Shown here: piece by piece, positions 27,750-42,565 of the stretch
Layout: each line of letters opens with the position of its first letter
Numbering within the stretch: the stretch's first letter is position 1
Source of the DNA: the human T2T-CHM13v2.0 reference genome, Homo sapiens
Direction: 5' to 3' (one strand)
Assembly (NCBI RefSeq): GCF_009914755.1
Contig: NC_060932.1
DNA length: 64,000 nt
Position numbers and translations under genes: made by a program
Notes under the pieces: generated by a model
What the model was told of the DNA's origin: nothing
Database searches by the model: none
What the model saw: only the letters and a program-made list of their open reading frames with translations

Positions 27750-27940
27750 CAGGAAGGGGAACATCACACACCGGGGCCTGTTGTGGGGTGTGGGGAGTGG
27801 GGAGGGATAGCATTAGGATATATACCTAGTGTTAAATGACGAGTTAATGGGTGTAGCACACCAACATGGCACATGTATACATATGTAACAAACCTGCACG
27901 TTGTGCACATGTATCCTAAAACTTAAAGTATAATAAAAAA
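27750..27940 (+). mobile_element. 5'-truncated young L1PA 3' end nested in the L1PB
   Basis: L1PA 3'UTR (ggggaacatcacacaccggggcctg...acttaaagtataat + A-tail); 16-bp TSD aagatgtgtc(a/g)aagac at 27734-27749 / 27941-27956. Confidence 0.92.
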
Positions 27941-28556
27941 AAGATGTGTCGAAGACTTAAATATAACACCTGAAGCCATAAAAATCCTAGAAGATAACAT
28001 CAGAAAAACTCTTCTAGATATTGTCTTAGGTAAAGAGTTCATGAACAAGAACCCAAAAGCAAATGCAATAAAAACAAAGATAAATAGATGGGACTTAATT
28101 AAACTAAAAAGCTTCTGCATAGCAAAAATATAATCAGCAGAGTAAACAGACAACCCACAGTGGCTAAGAAAATGTGGTATATAAATACCATGGAATCCTA
28201 CTCAGCCTTAAAAAGGAACAAAATAATGACATTTTACAGCAACCTGGATGGAGTTGGAGCCATTATTCTAAGTGAAGTAACTCAGGAATGGAAAACGTAA
28301 CATCATATGTTCTCACTCACAAGTGGGAGCTAATCTCTGAAGATGCAAAGGCATGAGAATGATACAATAGACTTTGGGGACTTGGGGGGAAGGGTGGGAG
28401 GCAGTAAGGAATGAAAGGCTACATATTGGGTACAGTGTGCACTGCTAGGATGATGGCTGCACCAACATCTCAGAAATCACTACTAAAAATCTTATTCGTG
28501 TAACCAAACACCACCTGTTCCCCAAAATCTATTGAAATAAAAATTAAAAAAAGAAG

Positions 28557-28845
28557 AAGTAGTTAAGGTTAAATGAAACTGCAGCCTTGTTCCAATCTGA
28601 CTTGCATCCTTATAAAAAATAGATTTGGATACACAACGAGACACCAGGGGCTTGTGCATGTAGAGGAAAGGCCATGTGAGGACATAGGGAGAAGGCAAGT
28701 CTAGAAGAGAGGCCTCAGGAGAAACCAACCCTGCAGACACCTTGATCTTGGACTTCCAGCCTCTAGAACTGTTAGAAAATAAGTCACTGTTGTTGAGGCC
28801 ACTTAAGCTATAGTACTTTGTGGTGTCAGCCTAAGTAGACAATAT
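28557..28845 (+). mobile_element. 5'-truncated MLT1A-like LTR
   Basis: ggccatgtgaggacata..gaggcctcaggagaaaccaaccctg..gatcttggacttccagcctctagaactg motifs; starts mid-element, directly after the L1 A-tail. Confidence 0.8.
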
Positions 28846-29166
28846 AATATCCTTATTTAGATGTTTGCTAAAACTCTCTTATTATTTAAACACTGGGCTT
28901 TTTGTTATTGTTTTAATTATTCTGCTTTAGAACTACATGAAGAAACATAGTAATAATAATATCAATTTAAAATGCAAATAAATCACAAATGTCTTTTCTT
29001 GCAAAAAAAATAAAACACCCTTCTGGAATGCAGCAAAAGCAGTACTTAGAGGAAAATTTGTATCATTGAATGGCTATGCTTTTATATCATATAATTATTT
29101 ACTGTAATGTTATGATGACTGTACCCCTCTGACATGGGAACTTTTTTTGTATGTGTTTTTCTTTAG

Positions 29167-29250
29167 GTTTGTGTAAATCGTGAATGTGTAGAATCAAGGA
29201 TAATTAAGGCTTCAGCACATGTTTGTTCACAACAGTGTTCTGGACATGGA
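29167..29250 (+). CDS. ADAM32: ADAM32 coding exon, end of Cys-rich and start of EGF-like domain (VCVNRECVESRIIKASAHVCSQQCSGHG)
   Basis: tttctttag acceptor, gtaagt donor at 29251; 84 nt, phase 0-0; C.N..C and CSGHG motifs. Confidence 0.95.
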
Positions 29251-29614
29251 GTAAGTAACCACATGTTTCCCTGAATCACATTTCTTGGACACTTTTTTGC
29301 ATCACTCATTAATTTACTGACATTTTTTGGGTCACTACCATGTGACAGACTCTGTTGCATCTAGCTTCAATTGAGAGCTGAATTAAGTCATTAAATTCAG
29401 CAGCCATAATTAGTTACAGAAGATATATTGAGCAGAATTAAATTGCTAATGACCTAAATATATATTGTTATAATTGGGTACTTTTCAGAGGGTGTTAAAT
29501 TTTCTGATAAATACATTAACCTGGTTCTCAAAGGAAAGATAATTATGCTGTAATTCCTGTGTCTGTGAATACACAGGGATCATGAAAAACTATTGTTTTA
29601 TTTATCTACTTTTA

Positions 29615-33610
<3,996 letters not shown>

Positions 33611-33614
33611 TTGT

Positions 33615-35268
33615 TTTATTTATTTATTTTAGTTTTATTTTTTATTGGCAATAGTTGTACCTGTTGTGGGGGTATAAATGATAATACATTCATATAATTC
33701 ATAAAAATCAAATCAGTATAATTAAGATATCCATCACTTTACATATTTGTCTTTATGCTAAAACATTTGAATTTATTTTTCTAGCTATTTTTGAAATATA
33801 CAATAGGTTATTTTAAACTCTGGTCATCCTACTGATCTGTCAAACACTTGGTCTTACTTCTTCTTTCAAACTGGATATTTGTACCTATTAATCAACCTCT
33901 CTTCATCCTTTCCTCCCATTACACATTCTGGCCTCTGGTAACCACCCACCTACTCTGCATCTTCATGAATCCACTTTTTTAGCTTCCACATAAGAGTGAG
34001 AACATGTGATATTTATCTTTCTGTGCTTATCCTATTTCATTTAACATAATAACTTCCAGTTCCATCCGTGTTGCTATGAGTGATGGGATTTCATTATTTT
34101 TATAGCCTATGTTTTACATTGTGTATGTATCTCACATTTTCTTTATTTATTCATCTATTCATGGACGCTTACATTGATTCTATATTTTGGCTATTGTGAA
34201 TAGTGCTACAATAAACATGGGAATGCAGATAGCATTTTGAAGTATTGATTTCCATTCTTTTGGTTATTTACTCAGTAGTAGAATTGCTGGGTCATATAGT
34301 AGTTCTATTTTTAGTTTTTTTGAGGAATCTCCACACAATTTTTTATAGTGGCTGTACTAATTTACATTCCCACCTATAGTGTGTGAGTCTTTCCTTTTCT
34401 CCACAGCCTCGCCAGCATTGGCTGTTACATCTTTTTTTATCAAAAAGATGGTCTTTCTGTTACAAAAAAAAATGGCTTTTATAAGCCATTTTAACTGGAT
34501 TGAGATTATATCTCATAATTCTGATTTGCATCTCTCTCATAATTAGTGATGTTGAACATTTTTTCATATACCTGTTGGCCATTTGTTTGTTTTATTTTGA
34601 GAAATGTCTATTCAGATCTTTTGCCCATTTTTTTAATCATATACTTTGTGGAGTTTTTTCCTATTGAGTTATTTGAGCTCCTTATATATTATGATTGTCA
34701 GTCCCTTGTCAGATGGATAGTTTGGAAATATTTTCTTTTATTCTGTGGGTTGTCTCTTCACTTTGTTGATTGCTTCTTTTGCTCTGTAGAAGCTTTTTAG
34801 CTTGGTGTAATCCCATTTGTTTATTTTTGCTTATGTTTCCTGTGCTTTTGAGGTTATATCCAAAAAATAATTACATAATCAGTGTCTTAGAACTATTTTC
34901 CTACATTTTCTCCTGGTAATTTTATAGTTTTGGTTCTTAGATTTAAGTCTTGAATACATTTTGATTTTATTTTTGTACACAGTGAAAGATAATGATCAAG
35001 TTTTATTCTTCTGCATATGGTTATCGAATTTTTCCAGCACCATCTATTGAAGAGACTGTTCTTTCTCTGTTGTACATTCTTGGTGCCTTTGTTGAAAATG
35101 AATTGGTGTAAATGCATGTATTTGTAGCCGGATTCTTTATTCTGTTCCATTGGTCTATGTGTTTGATTTTATGCCAGTACCATGGTGATTTGGTTACTAT
35201 AGCTCTGTAGTATAACTTGAAGTCAGATAATGTTATGCATTTGGCTTTGTTCTTTTTGCTCAGAATTG
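33615..35268 (-). mobile_element. L1MA-like 3' portion, antisense
   Basis: Minus ORF2p peptides ([24 protein letters not shown]; [10 protein letters not shown]). Confidence 0.85.
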
Positions 35269-35269
35269 C

Positions 35270-37165
35270 TGACCACATATTAAGTCACGAGACAAGTCTT
35301 AACAAATTTAAGAAGACTGACATCACTCCAAGTGTATTTTCTGACCACACTAGATTGAAGCTAGAAGTTAATATTAAAAGAAAGTGGGAAAACTTAAAAA
35401 ATACATGAAAATTAAATAACACATGAGTGAACAACCATTGGGCTAAACAACAAATCAAAACGGAAATTAGAAAATATCTCAAGACAAACAAAAAATGAAA
35501 AAAAAAAGGGATGTGGCAAAAACAGTACTAAAGGGAAATTTATAGTGATAAATTCTTACATTAAAAAGAATAAAGATTTCAAATAAACATTCTAACTTTA
35601 CACCTCAAGAAACTAGAAAAAAATTGAACAAACTCCAAGTTTGCAGTAGGAAGTTATGAAGATTAGAGCACAAATAAGATAGAGAATAGAAAAATAATAG
35701 ACAAAATCAAGGAAATTAAGAGTTGAGTTTTTGAAAAGATTAAAAAAAGGACAAACTCTTAGGTAAAATAGCAAGAAAAAAAGAAATAAGACTCAAAATC
35801 AGAAATGAAGGAGCAGATATTACAACTGATGTCACAGAAATTTTTTAAGAAGATACTGTGGTGTATATTTATACACCAACAAGTTGGATAACCTAGAAGA
35901 AATTTATAAATTCCTAGGATGATACAACCTGCCAAGACTGAATCAAGAATAAATAGCCTGAACAGAACAATAACAAATAAAGAGATTAAATCAGTAAACA
36001 AAACTTTCTAGCGAAGAAAATCTCAGGACTAGGGGGCTTCACAAATGAATTCTGTTAAACATTTACAGAAGAATTAAACAAGAAAATAAAATTGCAGGCT
36101 AATATATCTACAAACATGCATGCAAAAATTTACAGCAAGACATTAACAAACTATATTTGCCGCACGTTAAAAGAATCATACACTATGACCAGATGGGATT
36201 TATTCCTGGGATGCAAGGATGGTTCAAAATGCACAGATCAATTAATGAGATATGCCACATTAAGAAGATGAAAGATCAATTTACTTTATGACATTAAGAT
36301 GCAGAAAAAGCATTTGACAAAATCCAACACCCTTTCATTATAAAAACTCAATACGTTAGGAATAGCAGAAAGCCTACATGTAAAAATCCATAGCTAAAAT
36401 TATACTCAATGGTGAAATAATGAACGCCTTTACTTTAAGATCTATAACAATGCAAGGATACTCAGTCTCTGCACTTCTCTTCAACTTGGTACTGGAATTC
36501 CTAGATGAAGCAATGAGGCAAGGAAAAGAAATAAATAGCATCCAAATGGGAAAGTAGAAATAAAGTAGCTTCTGTTTGCAAATGCCATGATTGTATACAC
36601 AGGAAACCATAAAGGTTCCATAAAACTAGTAGAAGAAATAATGAATTCAGTAAAGTTGCAGGACACAAAAACAACACTCAAAAATCAGTTCATTTTTATA
36701 CGTCAAAAACAGACGGTCAGGAAAGGAGATTAGTTAAACAATCCCATTTACAACAGCATCAAAAAGAATAAAATACTTAGGTTTAAAACAAACCAAGGAG
36801 GTGAACGACTTGTACACTGAAAACTATGAAACATGAAAAAAAGTAAAAGAGACACAAAAAATTGAAAGATATTCCACGGATTGAAGAAACTAATATTGTT
36901 AAACTATCCCTAATAGTCAAAATTATCTACAGATTCCATGCAATCCTTATCAGAATCTCCATGTTATTTTTCAAAGAAATAGAAAATAAAAAAATTATAT
37001 AAGATGAAAAAAATCCAGATAATTAGAAGCAATTTTTAAAAAGAAGAACAAAGCTTTTCAAAATACAGTACAAAGGTACAGTAACCAGAACAGGATGTTA
37101 CTGTCATAAAATAGAGACATATAAAGCGATGGATGAAAATAGCTCAAAGATAGACTCATATATGC
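35270..37165 (+). mobile_element. Old L1 ORF2 fragment, sense
   Basis: [19 protein letters not shown] peptide; gatgcagaaaaagcatttgacaaaatccaacac RT motif. Confidence 0.85.
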
Positions 37166-37496
37166 TGGCTCCAGCATGTCACTGGAGGGGTCACATTTTC
37201 ATTATAATTTAAGTATGCATTTTTGAAATTGCATCGTAAATTTGTAGGTAAACATTTCAAGGTGTCAAATTTTCTTGATGCAAATATTGAGAGCCTCACT
37301 TTATAGTTCTTTTTTTTTTTTTTTGCTTTGTGTGTGTGTCTGTGTTGTAGTCTAAGAAACCAAACATTTGATATGTGAGACTGTCGCTCTAAATAAACAA
37401 AATTACACTAGATTATGGTACAAAAGTAAGCTTGATGCTCACCTTCTCTGAGAAAATATTTTAAAACAATCATTTAATTTTTCAAAATGATCCTAG

Positions 37497-37599
37497 GTGT
37501 GTGATTCCAGAAACAAGTGCCATTGTTCGCCAGGCTATAAGCCTCCAAACTGCCAAATACGTTCCAAAGGATTTTCCATATTTCCTGAGGAAGATATGG
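37497..37599 (+). CDS. ADAM32: ADAM32 coding exon, EGF-like domain (VCDSRNKCHCSPGYKPPNCQIRSKGFSIFPEEDM), GC donor
   Basis: tcctag acceptor; C....CHC..GY.PP.C EGF-like motif; only the gcaagt donor at 37600 gives phase 1, matching the next exon. Confidence 0.93.
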
Positions 37600-37776
37600 G
37601 CAAGTATTTGTCTCTTTAAATACCCATTTAATAAAATTCTCAAATTGCTTATCTTCACTAAAACAAAGTTCGATTTTTCCACTTACAAGGCAACTGATAT
37701 TTGTAATAAAAAGGTAATCAGAATTCTCTCAAGGAATGGAAACCAAACATGCCATCTTAATCTTGCTCTCTTTTCT

Positions 37777-39218
37777 TTATAATTAACTAATCAATTAATT
37801 TTTTTTATTTCAATAGGTTTTTGAGGAATAGGTGGATTTTGGTAACATGGATAAGTTCTTTAGTGGTGATTTCTGAGATTTTGGTGCAGCCATCACCCAA
37901 GCAGTGTATACTGTACCCAATGTGTAGTCTTTTATACCTCACCTACTCCTATCCTTCCCCTCAATACCCCAAAGTCCATTGTATCATTCTTATGCCTTTG
38001 TGTCCTCATAGCTTAGCTCCCACTTATGAGTGAGAACATATGATATTTGGTTTTCCATTCTTCAAGTGAAGAGTTACTTCACTTAGAATAATGGTCTCAA
38101 ACTCCATCCAGGTTGCTGCGAATGCTATTATTTTGTTCCTTTTAATGGCTGAGTAGTATTCCATGGTGTATATATACATCACACTTTCTTTATTCACTCA
38201 CTGATTGATGGGCATTTGGGCTGGTTCCATATTTTTGCAGTTGCAAATTGTGCTGCTATAAACATTTGTGTTAGCGTCTTTTTATGTAATGACTTTTATA
38301 TAATGACTTCCTCTGGGTAGATTTCCAATAGTGGGATTGCTGGATCAAATGGTAGATCTACTTTTGGTTCTTCAAGAAATTGCCATACTGTTTTTCGTAG
38401 TGGCTGTGCTAGTTTACATTCCCACCAACAACGTAAAAGTGCTCCCCTTTAAGCACATCCATGCCAACATCTATTATTTTTTGATTTTTAAATTATGACC
38501 ATTCTTGCAGGAGTAAGGTGGTATTGCATTGTGGTTTTGATTTACATTTCCCTGATCATTAGTGATGTTGAGCATTTTTTCATATGTTTGTTGGCCATTT
38601 GTATATCTTCTTTTGAGAGTTACCTATTCATGTCCTTAGCCCATGTTTTGATGGAATTCCTTTTTTTCTTGCTGATTTGTTTGGGTTCCTTATAGATTCT
38701 GGATATTAGTTCTTTGTCAGATGCATAGTTTGTGAAGATTTCCTCCCACTCTGTGGGTTATCTGTTTACTCTGCTGATTATATCTTTTGCTTCGCAGAAG
38801 CTTTTAAATTTAATTAAGTCCCTTCTATTTATCTTTGTTTTTATTGCATTTGTTTTTGGGTTCTTGCTCATGAACGCTTTGCCTAAGCCAATGTCTAGAA
38901 TAGTTTCCTGATGTTATATTCTAGAATTTTTATGGTTTCAGGTCTTAAATTTAAGTCTTTGATCCCTCTTGAGTTGATGTTTGTATAAGGTGAGAGATGA
39001 GGATCTGGTTTAATTCTTCTACATATGGCTTGCCAGTTATCCCAGTGCCATTTGTTGAATAGGGTGTCCTTTCCCCATGTTATGTTTTTGTTTGCTTTGT
39101 TGAAGATCAGTTGGCTGTACGTACTTGGCTTTATTTCTGGATTCCCTATTCCATTCCATTGGTCTCTGTGTCTATTTTTATATCAGTACCATGCTGTTTT
39201 GGTGACTTTAGCCTTATT
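37777..39218 (-). mobile_element. 5'-truncated L1PB-like element, antisense
   Basis: T-rich tail at left, then 3'UTR and the end of ORF2; enclosed together with the 5S fragment by a 16-bp TSD at 37761-37776 / 39256-39271. Confidence 0.9.
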
Positions 39219-39258
39219 GTCTATGGCCATACCAGCCTGAATGTGCCCGATCTTGTCT
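39219..39258 (+). pseudogene. 5S rRNA pseudogene fragment (nt 1-40)
   Basis: gtctatggccataccagcctgaatgtgcccgatcttgtct versus human 5S GTCTACGGCCATACCACCCTGAACGCGCCCGATCTCGTCT: 35/40, with four of five mismatches being CpG>TpG. Confidence 0.9.
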
Positions 39259-39594
39259 TGCTCTTTTTTCTAACATTAAAATATCATAATTCACGCTGAA
39301 TACCTTTTAAAATTTCTCTTTACTGATATCATTGACTTTATCTTTTAGAATATTTTCAACCTCTCTTCCTCAGCTTTATGACTGATCCTGTGACCTCAGC
39401 TCTAAACAAATGACATTTTCTCTGTGTCTAGTACTGTTACTGTGTTTCTGTTACAGAAGAAATGAAATAGAAGACAAGATTTTACTCTGAAGGAGTTTAT
39501 CATTTAAATCAGAAAAATCCATCAATTTCTGCTTAGGAGATGACAGAAGTGATGCTGGCATATTATTCTGTTTGTGCCCCACAGCTTCCATTTC

Positions 39595-39730
39595 TGTCAT
39601 TAATTCATTTATTGAGTTAGCAAATGTTTACTGAACTCTTAATATATGCCAGGTCCAGGTGCTGGTCTACACACTGGGGATGTACGGTGAGCAAAATGAA
39701 GTTCTTCTCCTCATGGAGTTTAGAGAATAT
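39595..39730 (-). mobile_element. L2 3' end
   Basis: attcatttatt..caaatgtttactga..tatgccagg..ctggggat..ctcatggagttta. Confidence 0.65.
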
Positions 39731-40268
39731 GTTTAGGTCTATGTATCCAGTGATAGCAAGGGACAGAATTAGGATTAGGAATCAATTCTTCTAATTTTTA
39801 TGCCAGTGCCCTTTTAGTAGTATTGCAATGACCCCATTTACAACATGATCCCCAAGGCCAAAAGCCAACAATCTACCAAAGAAAAATAAGATATACACAA
39901 ATACACTGAATTCCTTTGATAATGCACCTTGTAAGAGTGCATTTTTGGATAACCATGCAATTACACAATCCCACGTTGTATATCATTGAATTTTTTTGTC
40001 CCTACTTAGAGGGTTATAGTGAGATTTTGCTGTAGCTGCTGTGAGACTTGAATACTTTTGAACTTTCCAAAACTTGGTTTCCATGCTTTTAGAATGAAAC
40101 GTTGTACAGGTAGCCCCAAGGATTATGATTACAATTCTATAATGATTTTTTCCATGTTCCTTGAATAACAATACAAATTCAGAAGATTTTAATGAATGTG
40201 TTGCAACTTGAAAGTAAAAGTAGATAGTTTAATTTTTTTGTTTTTTTTTTTTGTATTTCTGTTTTTAG

Positions 40269-40425
40269 GTTCAATCATGGAAAGAGCATCTGGGAAGACT
40301 GAAAACACCTGGCTTCTAGGTTTCCTCATTGCTCTTCCTATTCTCATTGTAACAACCGCAATAGTTTTGGCAAGGAAACAGTTGAAAAAGTGGTTCGCCA
40401 AGGAAGAGGAATTCCCAAGTAGCGA
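40269..40425 (+). CDS. ADAM32: ADAM32 transmembrane exon (GSIMERASGKTENTWLLGFLIALPILIVTTAIVLARKQLKKWFAKEEEFPSSE)
   Basis: Long poly-T tract and tttag acceptor, gtaaat donor at 40426; 157 nt, phase 1-2; hydrophobic helix followed by a basic stop-transfer segment (RKQLKK). Confidence 0.95.
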
Positions 40426-42284
40426 GTAAATTGCATTTGTGTTCTGAAGTTAAACATTAGTACCATTTGAATCTAGTTATATGTAAGACAATATCACGAG
40501 CAGTAGCAATATTTTACATATCACTGGGATTTTGAGTATTACATCAATATGTCATTTAATTTTATGAGGTAGCTGTGAATACCCATTTTTAAGACACAAA
40601 GATTTGGAAGTGTAATTTACATAGTTTGCCAAAGTCATTGAACTGCTAGTTGAGAGAGGAAGAAGTCAAATGTGTAATATCTGTTCTTTTCTTATCAAAG
40701 GGGATGATCTGTATCATCTACAACAGAAGTATTTATTAAAAATGCAGATTTCAGGGCCTTACTACAGACTAAATATTTTAATTCACATTGCTGGCTCATA
40801 TAAGAAGTAATTTTAAAAATATTCTTTGGGTTAAATTTTCAGAAGGGAAATTTGTAATTTAGATTATTACATTTTTATTTTTCAAGAAATAATTCAAACA
40901 CTAAGACAGAGAACAACATGACAAACATCCTCTTGCCCACCATGGGAAATAAACAGATATTAATATTTTTCTTGTTTCTCTTATAAAATAAGCCATTGTA
41001 TTTGCAGCTGCAATTCCTTCTGGTATGATCCCCTTCCCTCCCTGTAGAGGATGTCTACACTGAATGTTTGTGTATCTTACATGTTTTTAATACACGTGGC
41101 ATTATCCATATCCCATAACCTACCTAGTATTGTTTTATGTATAATTTTAAATAGCTATACTTTCTCTGCAGATGCATTTCTTTTTCAATTTTGGTTTGTT
41201 CGTTTTGTCTTTTTTTTTTCTTTTTCATGAGCAGTCCGCTCAGAGGTGTTTTTATTTTGTTAGTAGTTTGAAACATGTAACTTTTGGTTTCATTGTGGTC
41301 TCTATTTCTATTGTTTTTTATATCAAGTTTTGCTCTTTTTCCTCCTTTCTGGTCTTTTTACCTTTGCTCTGTTGTAACTCTAGATTTCTTGATTTTAATG
41401 CTTTCTTTATTAATTTTCAACCCTTCTTATTTTCTAAAATAAGAAATACTTTAATAGCAAAAACCTTCTCCTTACATATATCATTTTCTTTATACTCTCC
41501 AGTTTTTAAATGATAGTCGACATTCAGTTAAAAAAATTTGAAAAATCTAGCAGGATTTCTTGTTTAAATAATGAATCAATTGTAATCTTTAGTTTTCAAT
41601 TATATGATTTATTTTCATTGTTTTAAAAATAATTTTCTAATTTTATTAGCTTATTTTGAGAAACTTGTCTATGTGGTTCTCTTAAATGTTGGAACAAAAA
41701 ATGAAGTAAATTTTTATAAATGTGTAAGCTTGATATGTGTCCTCCAATGTTTTTAGGACCAACTTTTTAATTGTGTTGTTTCAAATCATTTTTATACATA
41801 CTGGGTTTTTTTCCTGTCCGTTTGATACTTTGTCTTCTGTGAGAGGCAAAGTAAAATTTTCAGTGGGTTGTAGCTTTCCCTCTGATTGTTGAAATTTTCG
41901 CTTCAGATATTCTGAGGCAGTGACTAAATGCATAATGTTTATTTTAGTTAAATTTTCTTGATGTATTTTCCTTTAATCATTACTAATAATATCTTAAATA
42001 CAATTTTCACTGTTTTAGATTGCTATATCAACTTTCTCTTTAAAAATGACGTTTACCTGGTACAACTTTTTTCGTTTTTTTCTCAATCTGTCTTTGCATT
42101 TAGCTGGTGTCTTATAAACAGCCTTTATATGAAATGCACTAATGGAGTTCATTATGCTCATATGCTTAATCCATGATGACATATGTTTAGGCTGAAATTT
42201 GCCATCCTACTTTTTTCCTATTTACCATGTTTTTTGTTTTTTTTTTCCTTTTTCTATCATCTATTTTCTTGGTTTCATTTTTCT

Positions 42285-42565
<281 letters not shown>

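Larger units (their letters stand above)
19910..28556 (+). mobile_element. Near full-length degenerate L1PB-like LINE-1 with nested insertions
   Basis: 5'UTR (aaatggcagataggaggcaggac), ORF1, EN and RT fragments ([26 protein letters not shown]), 3'UTR and A-tail at ~28536-28556; many stops and frameshifts; a deletion near 28160. Confidence 0.92.

Noticed and set aside
19910-28556. Retrotransposition-competent L1
   Set aside because: Numerous stops and frameshifts, nested THE1 and L1PA insertions, and a 3' deletion.
33615-37165. Adjacent antisense and sense L1 ORF2 pieces resembling a twin-primed 5' inversion
   Set aside because: The pieces overlap by roughly 150 nt of consensus, and the overlapping parts differ strongly, as if from different subfamilies. 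No enclosing TSD was found, so independent insertions are more likely.
39219-39258. Functional 5S rRNA gene
   Set aside because: Only 40 of ~120 nt, lacks the internal control region and terminator, and shows CpG decay.
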